This document shows, piece by piece, positions 14,390 through 28,864 of a DNA stretch of 64,000 nt; within the stretch, counting starts at the first letter, position 1, and the number at the start of each line of letters is the position of its first letter. Made by a program: the position numbers and the translations under genes. The stretch is from positions 1 through 64,000 of IMG/VR virus record IMGVR_UViG_3300021400_000244; one strand, given 5' to 3'. Below the pieces are notes generated by a model that saw only the letters and a list, made by a program, of their open reading frames with translations, made no database searches and was not told the origin of the DNA. The stretch is from a virus. Taxonomy: Duplodnaviria; Caudoviricetes.

Positions 14390-16654
14390 ATGGTTGATAA
14401 TACTACCGTAAATAATTTTATTTCTCAAATTATTCTTCCTCCAATAGAAGAAGGAGGAAATGAAAGACTTTATTTAATTAAAGACAAAGATGCTCGTAAT
14501 AATATAGAAAATATTCAATCTAATTTAAATTCTTTAACTTTAAATATAAATAATTTAGATAATATTGTAAATAATATTCCAGAAAATTTAGTAACTACAA
14601 ATGATTTAAATAATACAGTTTCTAATTTACTTACAAAATCAGAAGCTAATAATTCATATGTTAAATTAAGTACTCTTCTTTCTAATTATACTAATAATAC
14701 TACATTATTTAATACATATGCTCATATTTCAAATGGTACAGTTGATAATGCCAATATTGATTATACAAGTGTAAATGGATTAAATAATAATTATGCTCAT
14801 ATTTCAAATGGCGTAATTGATAATGCTGATATTAATTATACAGATGTAAATGGTTTAAATGATAATTATGTTCATAAAAACATAGAAGGCATAGTTGATA
14901 ATGCAAATGTTAATTATACGGATATTATAGGATTATCTGATAATTATGCTCATATAAATGGAAATAATAAAATTGATAATGCGTATATTGATTCTAATTA
15001 TGTTGCAGGTTTAAGTACTAACTATGCACATGTAAAAAACGGAATTATTGATAACGCTAATATTAATTATGCAAACGTAAATGATTTAGCTAATCATTAT
15101 GCACATATATCAAATGGAACAATAGATAATGCAAATATTAATTACACAAGAGTAAATAATCTAGAAAATAATTATGCTCATATTTTTAATGGTGTAATTG
15201 ATAATGCAACTATTAATTATACAAATGTAAATAATTTAGAAAATAATTATGCACATATAAAAAATGGAACTATTGATAATGCTAATATTAATTATGCAAA
15301 CGTAAATGATTTAACCAGTCATTATGCGCATATATCAAATGGAGTAATAGATAATGCTATAATAGATCAAGCAGATGTTACTAATTTAAATAGTCATTAT
15401 GCACATATATCAAATGGTGTAATAGATAATGCATATCTTGATCAAGCAAAAATACTCAATTTAAATGCTAATTATGCACATGTTTCAAATGGTGTAATAG
15501 ACAATGCTTTTATAGATCAAGCAAATGTAAATAATTTAGACGTACACTATGCGGAAATTGATATGGCAAATGTCAATAACGCATGAATTGAAAATGGTAT
15601 AGTAAAAGACGCGGCAATCACAGATGCAAAAATTTTAGGAGTTAGTGCTAATAAATTAACTGCGGGAACCATTGACGCTTCAAATATTAATGTTATAAAT
15701 TTACGTGCAGATAATTTAACAGTTACTAAAATTAATGGACAACCTGTAATTGGAGGATATTCTTTAGTTAATCCTTCTATTGAAAATTATTTAAATAAGA
15801 ATCCGCAAGAAGAAGGATGATATGAGTTTTATAATAACTCTTACACTCTTACAAATGATACAATTGTAGATTCTAATAAAAATTATTATACCACTTCTGA
15901 TTCTGTTGAATTATATGATCAAAGTACCATTGATCAAATGTTTGATGATATTGATGCTAGAATAGATTCTCAAATAGAAACTTGAACAGTTGATGAAGTT
16001 CCTACTTTATTAAATTATCCCGCAGAAGATTGAACAACTAATAGTGAAAAAGATCAACATATAGGTGATATATGTTATGTTGTTAATGCGGGAAGCAATT
16101 ATGATGGATATACATATCGTTTTGCATATGACAATACAAGCAATCAATATAATTGAGTTTTAATAAAAGATAATCAAGTAACAGCAGCTCTTGGTCGAAT
16201 AACAGATCTTGAAACTTTTGAAACAAATACTGCTAATTGAATTACTCAAACAGATTCAGGAATGGAAACTATTCGTCAAGAGACAACTCGTATATCAGGT
16301 GTTGCTACAACAGCTGCACAGGATGCATCTACTGCATTGCAAACAGCAAATGATATTCCAATTATATCTTTAAGTTCTACTAATGGAACCGTTTTTAAAC
16401 AAAATGTTGGAGTTTCAACTGTTATTATAGCAACAATTTTTACTCCAGGAGGAAAAATAGATAATTCTACAACTCTTCAAAATAGATTTGGATCTACAGC
16501 GTATTTACAATGGGGTTGGAGGGATGTTGTTACCGATGCTACTCACATTATACCTAGTAACGATACACGAATTTTAAATAACGGTTTTGCATTTTTAATT
16601 AATCCTGAGGATGTTAATAAACAAGCCGTTATAACCTGTTCACTTATTGTTTAA
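14390..16654 (+). CDS. Tail fibre-like repeat protein, 754 aa (TGA=Trp)
   Basis: Fragments 14390 and 16262 in frame; 25-aa repeats; SANKLTAGTIDASNINV motif typical of phage tail/fibre proteins. Confidence 0.75.
14717..15580 (+). repeat. About 11 degenerate 75-78 bp coding repeats (YAHISNGVIDNAxIxYxxVNxLxxx)
   Basis: Visible directly in the translation of the 14390 ORF. Confidence 0.9.
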
Positions 16655-16670
16655 TAAGATTGGAGAAAAA

Positions 16671-18044
16671 ATGGCTGTTATATACTCTTCAGAAGTTACT
16701 CTTACTGACTTATCTGATGCTGCGAATGTGTCATTAAGTGGTTATGCATATACATTTCCAGCAACTTATCATGCAACAAATCCTGCCGCAAAAGGAGGAA
16801 CCTGTTCCTTTTCAGTAGATACTAGAATTGGAGCAACTCAAGTAGATTGTTCTGTAAATCCAGAAAATATTATTCTTCCTAGTGCGGGAGTTAGTGTTTC
16901 TGTTGCAAAAGCAACAGGTTCTTTTACCCCCGTTGTTACTGTTACAGTTACAAATAGTTTAACACAATCTGTTTTAAATACTCGTTCAACTATAACCGTA
17001 CCAGTTCAATTTACTTATCAAGGAGAAACTGTAACTATTTCTAAAGACTTTTCTTTAGCATTATCTCCAGATGGTCAAAATGGTGCGGCTGGTTATAATT
17101 ATTTTACAAATGCTGATGTTGAAGCTATTGTACGCTCAGAAGAGGGAGAGCTTAGTTCTACTGCAATTACTGTTTCAACTACTCGTGGTCAAACAGGAAA
17201 TCCATCAGCTTATCCAGCTTATTATTGGTCACACTATACTACAGACGGTTCAACTTGAACTCAAATAAGTAAGTCAACTTCGGCAACTGCATCTGTTACT
17301 GTTACTATTCCAAGTAGTGTATATAGTACTGTTAAAGCAATTAGAGTTACTGCTCATACAGGTTCACCAACAGATGCTAATAAAGTTGATACAATAACTA
17401 TCCCTATAATAGATAGTGGAGCTACAGGTCCGCAAGGAGAACCCGCATATACTGTTATTCTTACAAATGAATCACATACTTTTGCGGCAACTAAAGATCC
17501 GCACGCTTTAGCTAGTAGTATAGAGACTAGTGTTATTGCATATAAAGGTGGAACTAGAGTTAATGCTACTATTGGAACTGTTACTGGTACTGTTACTGGA
17601 TTAACAGCTACAATAAAATCAAATACAAATGATACAAATAATCCAACTTTAACAATTGCAGCTACCACAAGTTTAGTTACTCAACAAGGAGTTCTTACTA
17701 TTCCTGTAACAGTTGACGGTAAAACTTTTACAAAACAATTCTCATGAAGTTTATCACCTACTGGATCAGATGGAGCACAAGGACCAAAAGGTGACGATGG
17801 ATTATCAATGTCTATCACAAGTAATAATGGTACTACTTTTAGAAATAATTCTGGAAGTACAACTCTTACCGCACATATTTGGCAATCAGGAGCAGAAATT
17901 ACTGGCACAGCTCTTTCTACTTTAGGAACTATCAAATGATATAAAGATGGTGGTAGTACAGCTGTTGGTACTGGTTCTACTATTACAATTAGCGCCTCTG
18001 ATGTAGCTTCTAAGGCGGTGTACGCAGCAAAATTGGAGGGATAA
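16671..18044 (+). CDS. Tail-associated protein with Ig-like beta-rich domains and short collagen-like linkers, 457 aa (TGA=Trp)
   Basis: GGAG RBS and ATG 16671; GATGPQGE and GSDGAQGPKGDDG; YTVILTNESHTF; TAA 18042-18044. Confidence 0.7.
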
Positions 18045-18046
18045 TA

Positions 18047-21000
18047 ATGGCAATAAAATGTTCAGCGGAAACTACTGTTACAAATCAAATAGATGCAACA
18101 GATTTAATAATGTGGTATTATGCCACAACTTTAACAACAAAACCATTATCTCCATCTACTACTAGTGCTAGTGCCACTCCTACAGGATGATCTTTAATTG
18201 AACCTACTATAGCATCCGCGTCAGATTTATCAAAATATATATATGAATGTTTACAAATAGTTTGAGGAGACGGTACATGTTCTTGAGGAGATGTTCAATT
18301 ATCTGCGTCTTTTGAAGCTGCAAAACAAGCTTATAATCTTGCACATAGTACCGCTTCTATTTTTACCACTTTTGAACAAACTCATAATAAAACTTTAGTA
18401 GATACTGTAAATGAAAGTTCTTCTGCTATAACAACTTTAACAGAAAGCCATCAATATGGTGGAATTAATTTATTATCTAATACAAAATCAATAGATTCTT
18501 CATCTGCTCCTTATACTAATTCTAATATTAGTCTTTATTCAAATCAGGCTCCAATAGATGGTGAATCTTTTTATTATTGTTCAGGCCCAAAATATTTTCA
18601 AATTGATTTTCCTACATTAATTAATAACCAAAAATACACTTTATCATTTGATATAAGTAGATCTTCTGATTCACGACCTGTTTTTGTAAAAATAGATGAA
18701 ACTGAAACTAATGTAGGGACTGCCGCGGCAACAACTTGAACAAGACTTTCTTATACTTTTACTGCAAGTGCATCTACTACAAATGCTCAAATTAGAGTAG
18801 CTTTTGATTCAACAAGTTCGACAGCTACTTACATTGCGGCAATTAGACATATTAAATTGGAACAAGGTTCTTTAGCTACGCCTTGAGAATATTCTAGTAA
18901 TGATATATCTACATTATCAAATACTGTTAATACTGTTTCTCAGACTGCAGATTCTAATAGTTCTACAATTTCTAATTTAACTCAGACTCTTGGAACAAAT
19001 GCTAATGGAACTACTAAAACAGATGATATTGTACATCAAGTATCTGATATTAGTCAAGATTTAAATGGTATTACTACAAGGGTTGGTAAAACTGAAATTG
19101 CATTAAAAGGTAACTATGCTGTAAGTTCTACTGCTAAAGGAACAGCAAATAAACAGGCTACAATTTCTCCAGCTCTTACTAATTATGAATTGGTTCAAGG
19201 AGCCGCAATTACTGTTAAATTTACAACAGAAAATACTGCGGCAAACCCAACTTTAAATATTAACTCTACTGGAGCTAAACCTATTAAAACCTATTCTGGT
19301 GCAGCTCTTAGTGAGAATGAATATAAATGAGATGCTGGTTCAACTATGACTTTTGTTTACGATGGTACTAATTGATGTATTCAAGATAGCACAGAGTTAA
19401 CAAGAATTAAAAATAATGAAACACTTATTAATCAAACAGCAAATAATGTATTAATAAAAGCTACAGAGTCAGATACTACAGCAGCACAAGGTGGTCAGCA
19501 TCTTATTCAATCTCTTATTAATGTTGCTCCAAATGGAATAAAAATTAGTGCAGATAAAGTAGATATTGAAGGTGCCGCGATTTTTTCTGAAAATGGTTAT
19601 TTATCTCAAGATAATATTAATGCAATAAATAATGAATCTCAAACAATATATATTCAAGCAGTAAGTGGAACTTCTTCGGTTTCAGGAACTACTACTTGAG
19701 TAACAAATACAGGAGAGTCTGTTACTCAAGATGCGGCAAATCTTACTCCTGTATGAACAATAAAGCGTCCTATTTATAGAACAAATTATCCAGTATTATT
19801 TGTTGCAACTCAATATAAGACAGTAGATGGTACAGTTACTTGTACAACTCCATTAAAAGATGATACTATTACAGTTATTGATGCGGGACATATCACAACT
19901 GGAACTATTGATGCTTCAAATATTACTGTAACAAATTTAAATGCGGACAATATTACAACTGGTACAATTAATGGACAACGAATTGGCGTTGGATCATTGA
20001 GTCTTGATAAACTCGCAGAAGATGTTTATACTGAGACAGAAGTAAATAATATAGTTGATAACTTACAAACCCAAATTGATGGAGCTATTGAAACTTGAAC
20101 TGGAACCAATATACCAACTCTAAATAATACTCCCGCAAGTGCTTGAACTACAGATTCTATAAAAGATACTCATGTTGGAGACGTATATTTTGTAGTAAAT
20201 GATCAATCACAACAAAATGGTTATAATTATCGTTTTACTAAAACTACTTCAAATGGAACTTCCACATATAGTTGACAATTAATTAAAGATAATGATGTAA
20301 CTAATGCTCTTCAAAGATTAACTACTGCTGAAGGTAAAATTGGTACTATTGAAACATTTGATTCTACCGTATCAAGTTATATGACTAATACCGACAACGA
20401 ACTTTCTTCCATTAAGACCGCCGCAACCACACTTGAAGGTCGTGTTGATACAGCAGAGGGAACTCTCGCAACAAAGGTTGACACTACGACATTTAATACA
20501 CTTAGCCAGACTGTTGAGGGAAATAGTAGTTCGATTCAACAATTGACTACTGAGACTACCACGTTAACTGAGAAAGTTACGCTTGATGCTCCATATACTC
20601 AAGTGGAGTGGGTGGAGTTTACTGGCAAGAACATTTGTCGCTTGGATTATCGACCGGGTGTTAATGGTGCATTTGGGTTTGAGATTGACTTTATAACTTA
20701 CAATTCTTTTACCAGCACTTCATATCCGTCCATTTCCGACGCTAGAGCTACGAACGAAGGTAAAGCAGGAGTTATATTTGGCGTTCGAGGAGATGGGTCT
20801 AGCGTTGCGGCCAACTACGGACCTAAGTACAAGTACTATGCATTACAGACATATGCTTCGTCTGGATTTCTTTATGACGGTGGTCACCGCACTGTGGCAA
20901 AGATGTATACAGATAAGCGTCGTCAGCAATGCTCACTTAGAAATGGTATTTATACTGCTCCTGATGGTTCTACAGTTGATGTTGGCATACCGGCATATCA

Positions 21001-24000
21001 GCCACCTGATGATTTTATGTATGTGTCTGGATTGCATACGGCCGGTGGAACAAAGAATTCTAAGTTCGAAGCACCATCTGTAACACGTATATATTCATTA
21101 AAATTCTATAATGATGATGTTTTAGCTGTAAATCTTATTCCAGCTATTCGCAAGTCTGATAGTACGACCGGTTTGTACGATTCTGTTAGCGGAATATTCT
21201 ATCCTTCGCACGGAATGCTTTTCGGTGATGAGGTAGGTGACCTTGGAGATTCTCCAGATTTATTGAATCAGTTGGCTATAGCCAATCCAGCATTGAGCGA
21301 TCTTCGAACAGAAAACACCAGACTCATAACCGTTGAGAGTAATGATATTAAGAAACTTCAGGATGGTCAGCGTGTTAGCGTTTTGTTGAAGTATGCTACT
21401 GCTAGCGAAACTGCTGAAGCAGCTAATATTACAAACCCTGCGCTAAATCCAGCTGCCGGTAATGCAGTATTTCTTGCACTACGTGATCTTGATGGTAATC
21501 TTGTTGGTGGATATGAAAATCCAGTTTATTATAATTCAACAACTTTGCTAACAACTCATTACGCCGTTGGTATGATACTTCAATTGCAGTTCAGAATGAA
21601 TGTTGTAATCGGAACAACATTAATAGCTCGAGGTTGGTTCTGCGATTCGGATTACAATACCAATACTAATGATACAGCTAGATACGTCCAATGGTACAAC
21701 AACATCTTTGCTAAGAAAGCTCTTCGTAACTCAAGCATTATCGTTGGTGACGAGGATGGTTACGAGGAAATTGGAATAGATGTAACTTTTGATCTTGCAT
21801 ATCCAATATTATGGAGAACTGCGGCTCTTGCTATAAATAAGACCGATTATGCATATTCATGGACTATGTATGTCGACAGAACGTTAGCTACTTGCTATCC
21901 TGATGTTTCTGGCGTTAAGAATCAAATGTTATATTTAGTTGGCGAGCCAAATGCCGGAAAATTCACCATAAAGTCGCCGATGTTAACATTTGACACTCCG
22001 ACTGAGCCGGATGGGTTGTATTATATTCCAATCGGCAAACTTGGAAATCAGTCTAATGGACAAAACTACTTATTCTTCTCGACAGCTCCTAATCCAACAA
22101 TGTTTGCATTTATTGGAGATGCATTCCAGCAAGTGCAAGGAATTGTTGTAAAAACCACTGCAAAACTTAATGAGACCATTGATACCGTAGATGAGCATAC
22201 TCGTAGAATTGGCTCTCTCGAAACTACAGTCGAAACTAAAGCAGATGGCTCTGATGTTACAACCATTAGTAACAGGCTCAACACTGTTTCTGATACAGTT
22301 GATAGCCATACTCAGTCTATCACTTCGTTGAATAACACGGTAGCTACAAAGGCTGACGGTTCTGAAGTTACGACTTTGAGTAACAACTTGTCGAGTCTTC
22401 AGCAGGATGTTAATACATACAAGACTACTGTTGCTAGTACGTATGCTACAAAAACGGCCTTATCTGATGCTCAAACTAGTCTGCAAGAGGCTATTGATGA
22501 CAAAGCAGCATCTTCCGATCTTACAGCATTATCTTCTCGCGTTTCTACAGCCGAATCCACCATCGAACAGCATAGTAATAGTATAGCTCTAAAGGCTAAT
22601 TCATCTGATGTCTATACCAAGACACAGACGGACGGCCTAATCTCCACAGAGGTCACCAACCGCAACGCGGCAATCACCGCGAAAGCCAACGAGATTACTT
22701 CCACCGTATCACAGACCTACACCACCAAGGAGGAGTTCAACAATCTTGAGATAGGCGGAAGGAATCTGCTGCTTAGGACAAGTTCCGAAGCATCGATTGA
22801 CAAGTCGTACGACCAGATTTACGAGTTCTCATCGGTTGTGCATGATATGGAGTCTGGGACGCCAGTAGTCATGTCTTTTGACGCTAAGTCAACGCAAGCT
22901 CAGTGGATTGACCTATACCCTCGAAGTGCAAAGAGCGGAGGCACAGTTTATGCGAGGGCTAGCGAGGGATTGTATCCGTCTTTACACATCGTAGAACCTG
23001 ATACTTGGTATCATTGCGAGTACAAAGGAACTATAGGACCCAATGCCGCAAACTATGCGTGGCTAACTTTACGTTCAAATTCGACAGAGCATGGTTCTGC
23101 TGCAGCACTGGGTATCGTTTCGATTCGCAACATGAAGCTGGAACGAGGCAATCGCGCAACCGACTGGACTCCAGCACCCGAGGACATCGAGACGCGCGTA
23201 ACTACGGCAGAGACCAAGATTGAACAGACGGCGAACAATGTCCTCATCAAGGCCACGCAGAGCGACACCACCGCAGCACAAAGCGGCCAGCACCTCATTG
23301 AGTCCCTCATAAACGTGGCCCCAAGTGGAGTAAAGATTGCCGCTTCCAAGGTCGAGATAGACGGTACGGCGGTATTCAACGCCATCAGCGATGATGTGGA
23401 TGACGCCATCACCGGCAAGGGATACCAGACGGCGTCGCAGGTCAACAGCGCAATCACGTCCAAGGGCTACGCCACCACGACGCAGGCTCAGGGATATGCA
23501 AATACTGCTGAGCAGAATGCTAAAACTTATGCAGAAGGTCAGGCAGACGCTGTAAACAGCGCTCTTGAAACTTACAAGACTACTACCAATTCTACGCTGA
23601 CTAGTCTTCAGAATCAGGTTGATGGTCAGATAGAAGCGTGGTATAAGACCGTTGACCCAACGTTGTCTAACGAACCTGCTTCTACATGGAACACAGATGC
23701 TCTTAAAGCTCGACATGAGGGTGATATTTACTACAACGTCGAGAGTGGTCATTCGTGGCGTTGGATGAAGTCTGGATCTACATATTCTTGGCAGCAGATT
23801 CCGGATAGTGATGCAGCAGCAGCCCTTGCAGTGGCTCAAAATGCACAGTCTTTAGCGAACTCTAAGCGACGGATATTTACTTCAACACCTACTGTTCCGT
23901 ATGATGTTGGTGATTTGTGGGTCGATGGAACTAGCATCAAGTATGCCAATGCGTCTAAGACAGATAGTCAGACATATTCTGAAAGTGATTGGGCTGTTAC

Positions 24001-26668
24001 GGCTACTGATGATACTCTCGCTCAAACTGCTTTAGATGCCGCTGGAGTAGTGCAAGATAATTTAAATGCTGCACGAATCTGGTATGCGGAATCAACGACT
24101 CCCGCAGGAACTGTAGCAAAAGTTGCCACAATAACGCCAGAAACAACAGCATTTGAGCTAACTGTCGGAACGATTGTGAATGTAAAGTTTTCTGCGACCA
24201 ATAGCGGTGCAGTTGGCAGCATAACGTTAAACGTTAATGAAACTGGTGCGAAGCATATCAAGTCCATAAACAAGGGTGTCGTAGGCAATCTTCCAGGAGC
24301 AGGATATATCACAGCGAATACTGTATATCAGTTTATATATGACGGATCATATTGGGTAGCGCAAAGCATCCATCCTGATGCAAACACCACATACAATCTT
24401 GGCAGTAACAATTATTATAAAGCCATTATAGCAAAAGCTGCAATAACGGCAGAGCATATAATTGTTGGCGATTCTTCGGGATATTCGATGGTTGCTGCCG
24501 GAACAACATTCGATTTGTCGTACCCGATACTTTGGTGTACAGCGGCTGTTAAACTCAACGCTTCAAACTATGCAAATCTTTATCTAACGGTTCAGGAACG
24601 AACGATACTTAATTCCGCTCCAAACTTGACTAAGGTTTTGGGTTCTACAGTGTGGCTTACTGGCACCATTTCTGGGGATATATTCACTGTGTCTTCTGAC
24701 ATTGCTACATGTGAAGCTCCTACCACTGAAGATGGACTTATATACATACCAATAGGTTGTATATCGAGCACCGGGCTTAGCACAAAAGACTTCATGTTTG
24801 TATCTTCAAAGGAACTGTGGGCATATGTAGATGGCGCTTTCCGACAAGTTGACACCTCCACGGTTCTCGCTACTCATCGTATTTATTATCGTACGGCCAC
24901 AGCAAATTCGTCTCTTGCGGCTCCTACAACGTGGGTTGAAGAAGCTACTGGGAATGTCTACAATCAGTGGACAACTAAGGTACCTCCTCTGGCAGTGTCA
25001 ACCGCTTCTGGACAAACCAAGTATTTATATTTGTATACTTGCGAGCAGCGGAAGCGACTTGACGGCACGACTGTTTGCACAAAGGTGTTGCTGGATGAGA
25101 ATACGACTGTTATTGATGGTGGGAACATCATCACAGGAAGCGTTACTGCGAACAAACTTAACGCAGCCGACATCAATGCCAGTAAGAGTCTGACTGTTGG
25201 GGCAATGACCGACGATGCCGCGTCGACCATCTTAAACAGCAATTTGAGCAATGATATTTCTAACGCTACCAAAACAGCCACGAACTATATCACCGCCGAC
25301 TCCACCGGCATCAGGATAGCCAATACCAACCCGACCACCGCCACCACCTACCAGCACCAGACCGCCACCGAGACCGAGTTCGTGGTGGAGGGGAAGTCCA
25401 TGGGCTCATTCTCAGGAACCTCAGTGCGAATCGGGTCTGAGAGCGATACCCATGTCGAAATCGAGGCAACGGAATCTAATGGAGGACACATAGTCCTGTC
25501 AAACCCGGATGATGCCAGTAATGGAATCAGTCTCAAGATGACCCCCACGACTGCCAATGGCGGGATGTTTAAGAGTCACGTATATTCTCTCGAATTCGGC
25601 TCAGACATCCCCTCCAGAGGGAAAATTTATTCAAGCTATTACACGTCAAACTCTGCCGGGTCGGAGTTGGTCGACAAGAACTGTTATATCGGAATGGCGG
25701 TCGGATCAGACGACTACGACGGCTACTCAGGGTTCGGACTTGATGTACGCAGGCAGGGGGAGGACGGCGAAACGAACAGTCTAAGTATGGTCGCCCATAC
25801 CTATGCCACCGAATACCAAAACTATACAGAGGAAGTGTCCAAGCTAAACCTCACTGCTTCGGCGGGCACGGAGTATTGCGACATTATGCTCAATTGCCTT
25901 ACCCGCGAAAACGGCTTTAAGCATGTAGGTCAAATTGCTGCGTCAGCAAACGAGTACCTGATACAAGACGGCCCCGTCTTTATAGAGGATGACAGCCTAT
26001 ATATCTTTGACGATGACGTTCCCTATGTCGATGCGAGATATACGAAGTCATCCAATACGTACGGTCGCGGCATATTTATGGGAAACTACGTACGGCCTGA
26101 AAGAGGGGATGTCGAACAGTCGAATATATCACGTACTGATATGATCGCTGGGGTGTTTCCATATGCCATGTCCAACGCTGACGTTGGAGTCACCCTGGAA
26201 GGGGCTCGAGTTGTTAACGGCACGCGGTACACCAACGCTCTACGCCTCGGAGTCAATGAATCTGGTGGCTATGTTGTGCGACTGCAACGGGCACCATGGC
26301 TTTCCGCACTAGGCCTTGGAGAGACGTCTCCGACAAACCTTTCTCTTAATAGCGCTACCAAAGCATACTCTTCTAGCTGGACTCCAAAGTATAGAAAATG
26401 GGGAAACGTCGTAGAGGTATACGGCGCGGTTTCGCCGAAAGCAGTTGTAGCCGCGGAAGGCACTCTTACTATTGCAACGCTTCCAACCGGATACAGACCT
26501 AGCAGTAACGTTTGTATCTTGTGTCAAGGTAGCGGAGTAAGTCAGTGGTTCCTTACAATTAATCCAAATGGCGTGATGGAAGCTGCAAGATATCGTTCCG
26601 GATCAACCTATGCTGCTATGCAAACTAATTCTTTTCTCGTATTTAACGCGACTTTCATTGTCGATTAG
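18047..26668 (+). CDS. Giant tail fibre/host-specificity protein, 2873 aa, chimeric (5' part TGA=Trp, 3' part TGG only)
   Basis: GGAGG RBS and ATG 18047 in frame with track ORF 20381-26668; coiled-coil segments; EIGGRNLL...KLERGNRATDWTPAPED module; C-terminal receptor-binding-like domain (YRKWGNVVEV...LPTGYRP). Confidence 0.8.
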
Positions 26669-26676
26669 GAGTTATT

Positions 26677-27276
26677 ATGTCTTTAAAACGTTCTGTTCTT
26701 ATGCCTGATGGCACGATTCGTAATGTCCATACTATTACTCAGATTACCCATATCATTGGTGCTGAGACTCGTTTTGATATTCTTTCTACTCAAGAGGGGC
26801 TGATGGAATACTTTCAGACTTTCTCAGTCCCATACGATAGCAACATTGATGAGGATGCTGCTTATGATATTTTAGCTAACTCAGATGAGTTTGCTGAGTA
26901 TATCGATCCAGAAGCTGAAGCGCTAAACACCATTCTTCCCATTCTTACAGATGAGCAAGCAGGTCTCATTCCTTCGGTTTGGCCTATTTGAGCTGCTGAT
27001 ATTCAATATACCGCTGGAACTAGAGTCACTCACAATGGTGTTGTGTACAAATGCCTTCAGGACCATACTTCTCAGACTGATTGGGCGCCAAATCTTGCGC
27101 CCTCTCTCTGAGCAAAATGTCTTGTAGACAGTGACACTATTAGCGAATGGGAGCAGCCGGACAGCACGAATCCTTATATGAAGGGTGACAAGGTCACTCA
27201 TAATGGTTCGACTTGGATCTCAGATGTTGACAACAACGTCTGGGAGCCTGGGGTTTACGGTTGAAGTAATGTGTAA
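26677..27276 (+). CDS. Tail fibre accessory protein with carbohydrate-binding (CBM5/12-like) repeats, 199 aa (3 TGA=Trp)
   Basis: YTAGTRVTHNGVVYKCLQDHTSQTDWAPNLAPSLW and WEQPDSTNPYMKGDKVTHNGSTWISDVDNNVWEPGVYGW. Confidence 0.75.
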
Positions 27277-27471
27277 TGAATACGCAATCCCGACAAATGC
27301 GTAGCTTACATTTAATGTTTAATAAATGTTGGTCAAAATAAATAATTTCAATTATAAAAAAATTATTTTAAATAGAAAAGAATAAAACACTATCTATTCT
27401 TTTTCTTTTATTATAGCATTAAGGATAAAGATTTTATTTTTAATGATTAAAGGATATAAAAGGAGGTTTAA

Positions 27472-27915
27472 ATGCCAGGTTACGGAAATATGCTTAACGG
27501 AGGTCAGCCTGCAACAAATAATTTATGAGTAGGAAATAATTATTCAAATGGATATTCTCAAATGTCTAGAAATAATTATCCAAATGGTATGACTTCAAAT
27601 AATTTTACAATGCAACCGCAATCTATTGATAATATTTGACGAGTAATGGGTCCTGAAAGTGCACAAGCTTATCAAATTGGTCCTAATTCTCAAGTAATTT
27701 TAATGGATTTTAATCGTCCGGTATTTTATATAAAAAAGAGTGATAGTTTAGGCTATTCTGATACAAGGGCATTTAAATTTACAGAAATACCTTTATTCGA
27801 GACAGAACCAGATCAAACCCAAACTCAAACTCAAGAAAATGTAAATTATGTTACACAAGAAGATTTTGAAGAATTCAAAAAAATGATAGAAGATTTGGTG
27901 ATGCATAATGAGTAA
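27472..27915 (+). CDS. Conserved hypothetical phage protein, cassette gene 1, 147 aa (2 TGA=Trp)
   Basis: AAGGAGG RBS; N/Q/M-rich N-terminus; in frame with track ORF 27646. Confidence 0.75.
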
Positions 27916-28162
27916 TCCTATTTTTGATAGTTCTTTTGGAAATTTTAATCAGCAAAATGCAAATTCTTTATCTGAGATGTGGGGTCAAATAAAACAAGCT
28001 CCAAATCCTGAACAAGCTTTATTCAATATGTTTTCTCAAACTCAATTACAAAAAGTTATGAACTATATCAAGCAAAATGGTGGAGATGCTAGATCTGCAT
28101 ATTATAATATGGCTGCACAAAAAGGAGTTGATCCCAATTCTATATTAAAATTCCTTAGATAA
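27908..28162 (+). CDS. Conserved hypothetical phage protein, cassette gene 2, 84 aa
   Basis: Track ORF; start overlaps the upstream gene. Confidence 0.75.
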   Translation: MSNPIFDSSFGNFNQQNANSLSEMWGQIKQAPNPEQALFNMFSQTQLQKVMNYIKQNGGDARSAYYNMAAQKGVDPNSILKFLR

Positions 28163-28176
28163 AAGGAGGATTGCGC

Positions 28177-28836
28177 ATGGCAGAAGGTATGATGAGTCCT
28201 AGTGATGTAGCAGTTATGATGAAAGGGAATGACGATTGAGGTAACGGCATGGGATTTATGTGAATCTTTGCTTTACTAATTTTAGCCAACGGTGGTTGAG
28301 GTGGCTTTGGTGGTAATAACGCAGCTGCCGCACTTGGTTATGAGAATTTAGCAACTTCTAGTGAAGTTCAACGTGGTTTTGATGCACAAAATTCTATGGC
28401 AAATGAACGTGAAATTCTTGCCGCGATAAATACTAATTCATTACAAGGTATGCAAAATGCTAATCAAAATACCCAATACACAGTAGGTATGCTTACCGAT
28501 AAGTATCAAGAATTACAGCGTGATATTGGTGGATTAGCTATGGGTCAGCAACAAGTTCTTGCTAATCAAAGTGAATGTTGTTGCAATACTTTAAGAGCTA
28601 TTGATGGAGTTAACTATAATGCAGCTATAAATACAGCAAATATTAATGCTAATACAACTGCACAAACTCAACGTATATTAGATTATTTAACCGCATCCGA
28701 TAATCAAAAACTTCGTGATGAAAATATGATGCTTCGTATGCAAGGTATGACACAAGATTTAGTACGTTATCCCACTAGCACAACTTATAACGCTGGTTAT
28801 AATCCATATTGTAACTGCACTAATACCTGTATGTAA
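28177..28836 (+). CDS. Gly/Trp-rich membrane segment plus coiled coil with CCC motif, cassette gene 3, 219 aa (3 TGA=Trp)
   Basis: AAGGAGG RBS; DWGNGMGFMWIFALLILANGGWGGFGG; QSECCCNTLRAID; in frame with track ORF 28396. Confidence 0.8.
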
Positions 28837-28864
28837 AAATTCTAATATTTAAAGGATAATTATT

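Noticed and set aside
14717-15580. CRISPR array
   Set aside because: The repeats are degenerate at synonymous positions, in frame, and have no unique spacers
1-20380. Massive pseudogenisation suggested by the fragmented ORF track
   Set aside because: Fragments share reading frames and are separated by TGA at Trp-like positions, with intact RBSs and TAA/TAG ends
19430-23830. Diversity-generating retroelement template/variable repeat pair
   Set aside because: The duplicated modules differ at all base types, and no reverse transcriptase gene is in the window
20778-27201. Numerous antisense and alternate-frame ORFs in the track, here and across dnaE, nrdD, gyrA and gyrB
   Set aside because: They are shadows of long real genes, with no RBS or recognisable motifs
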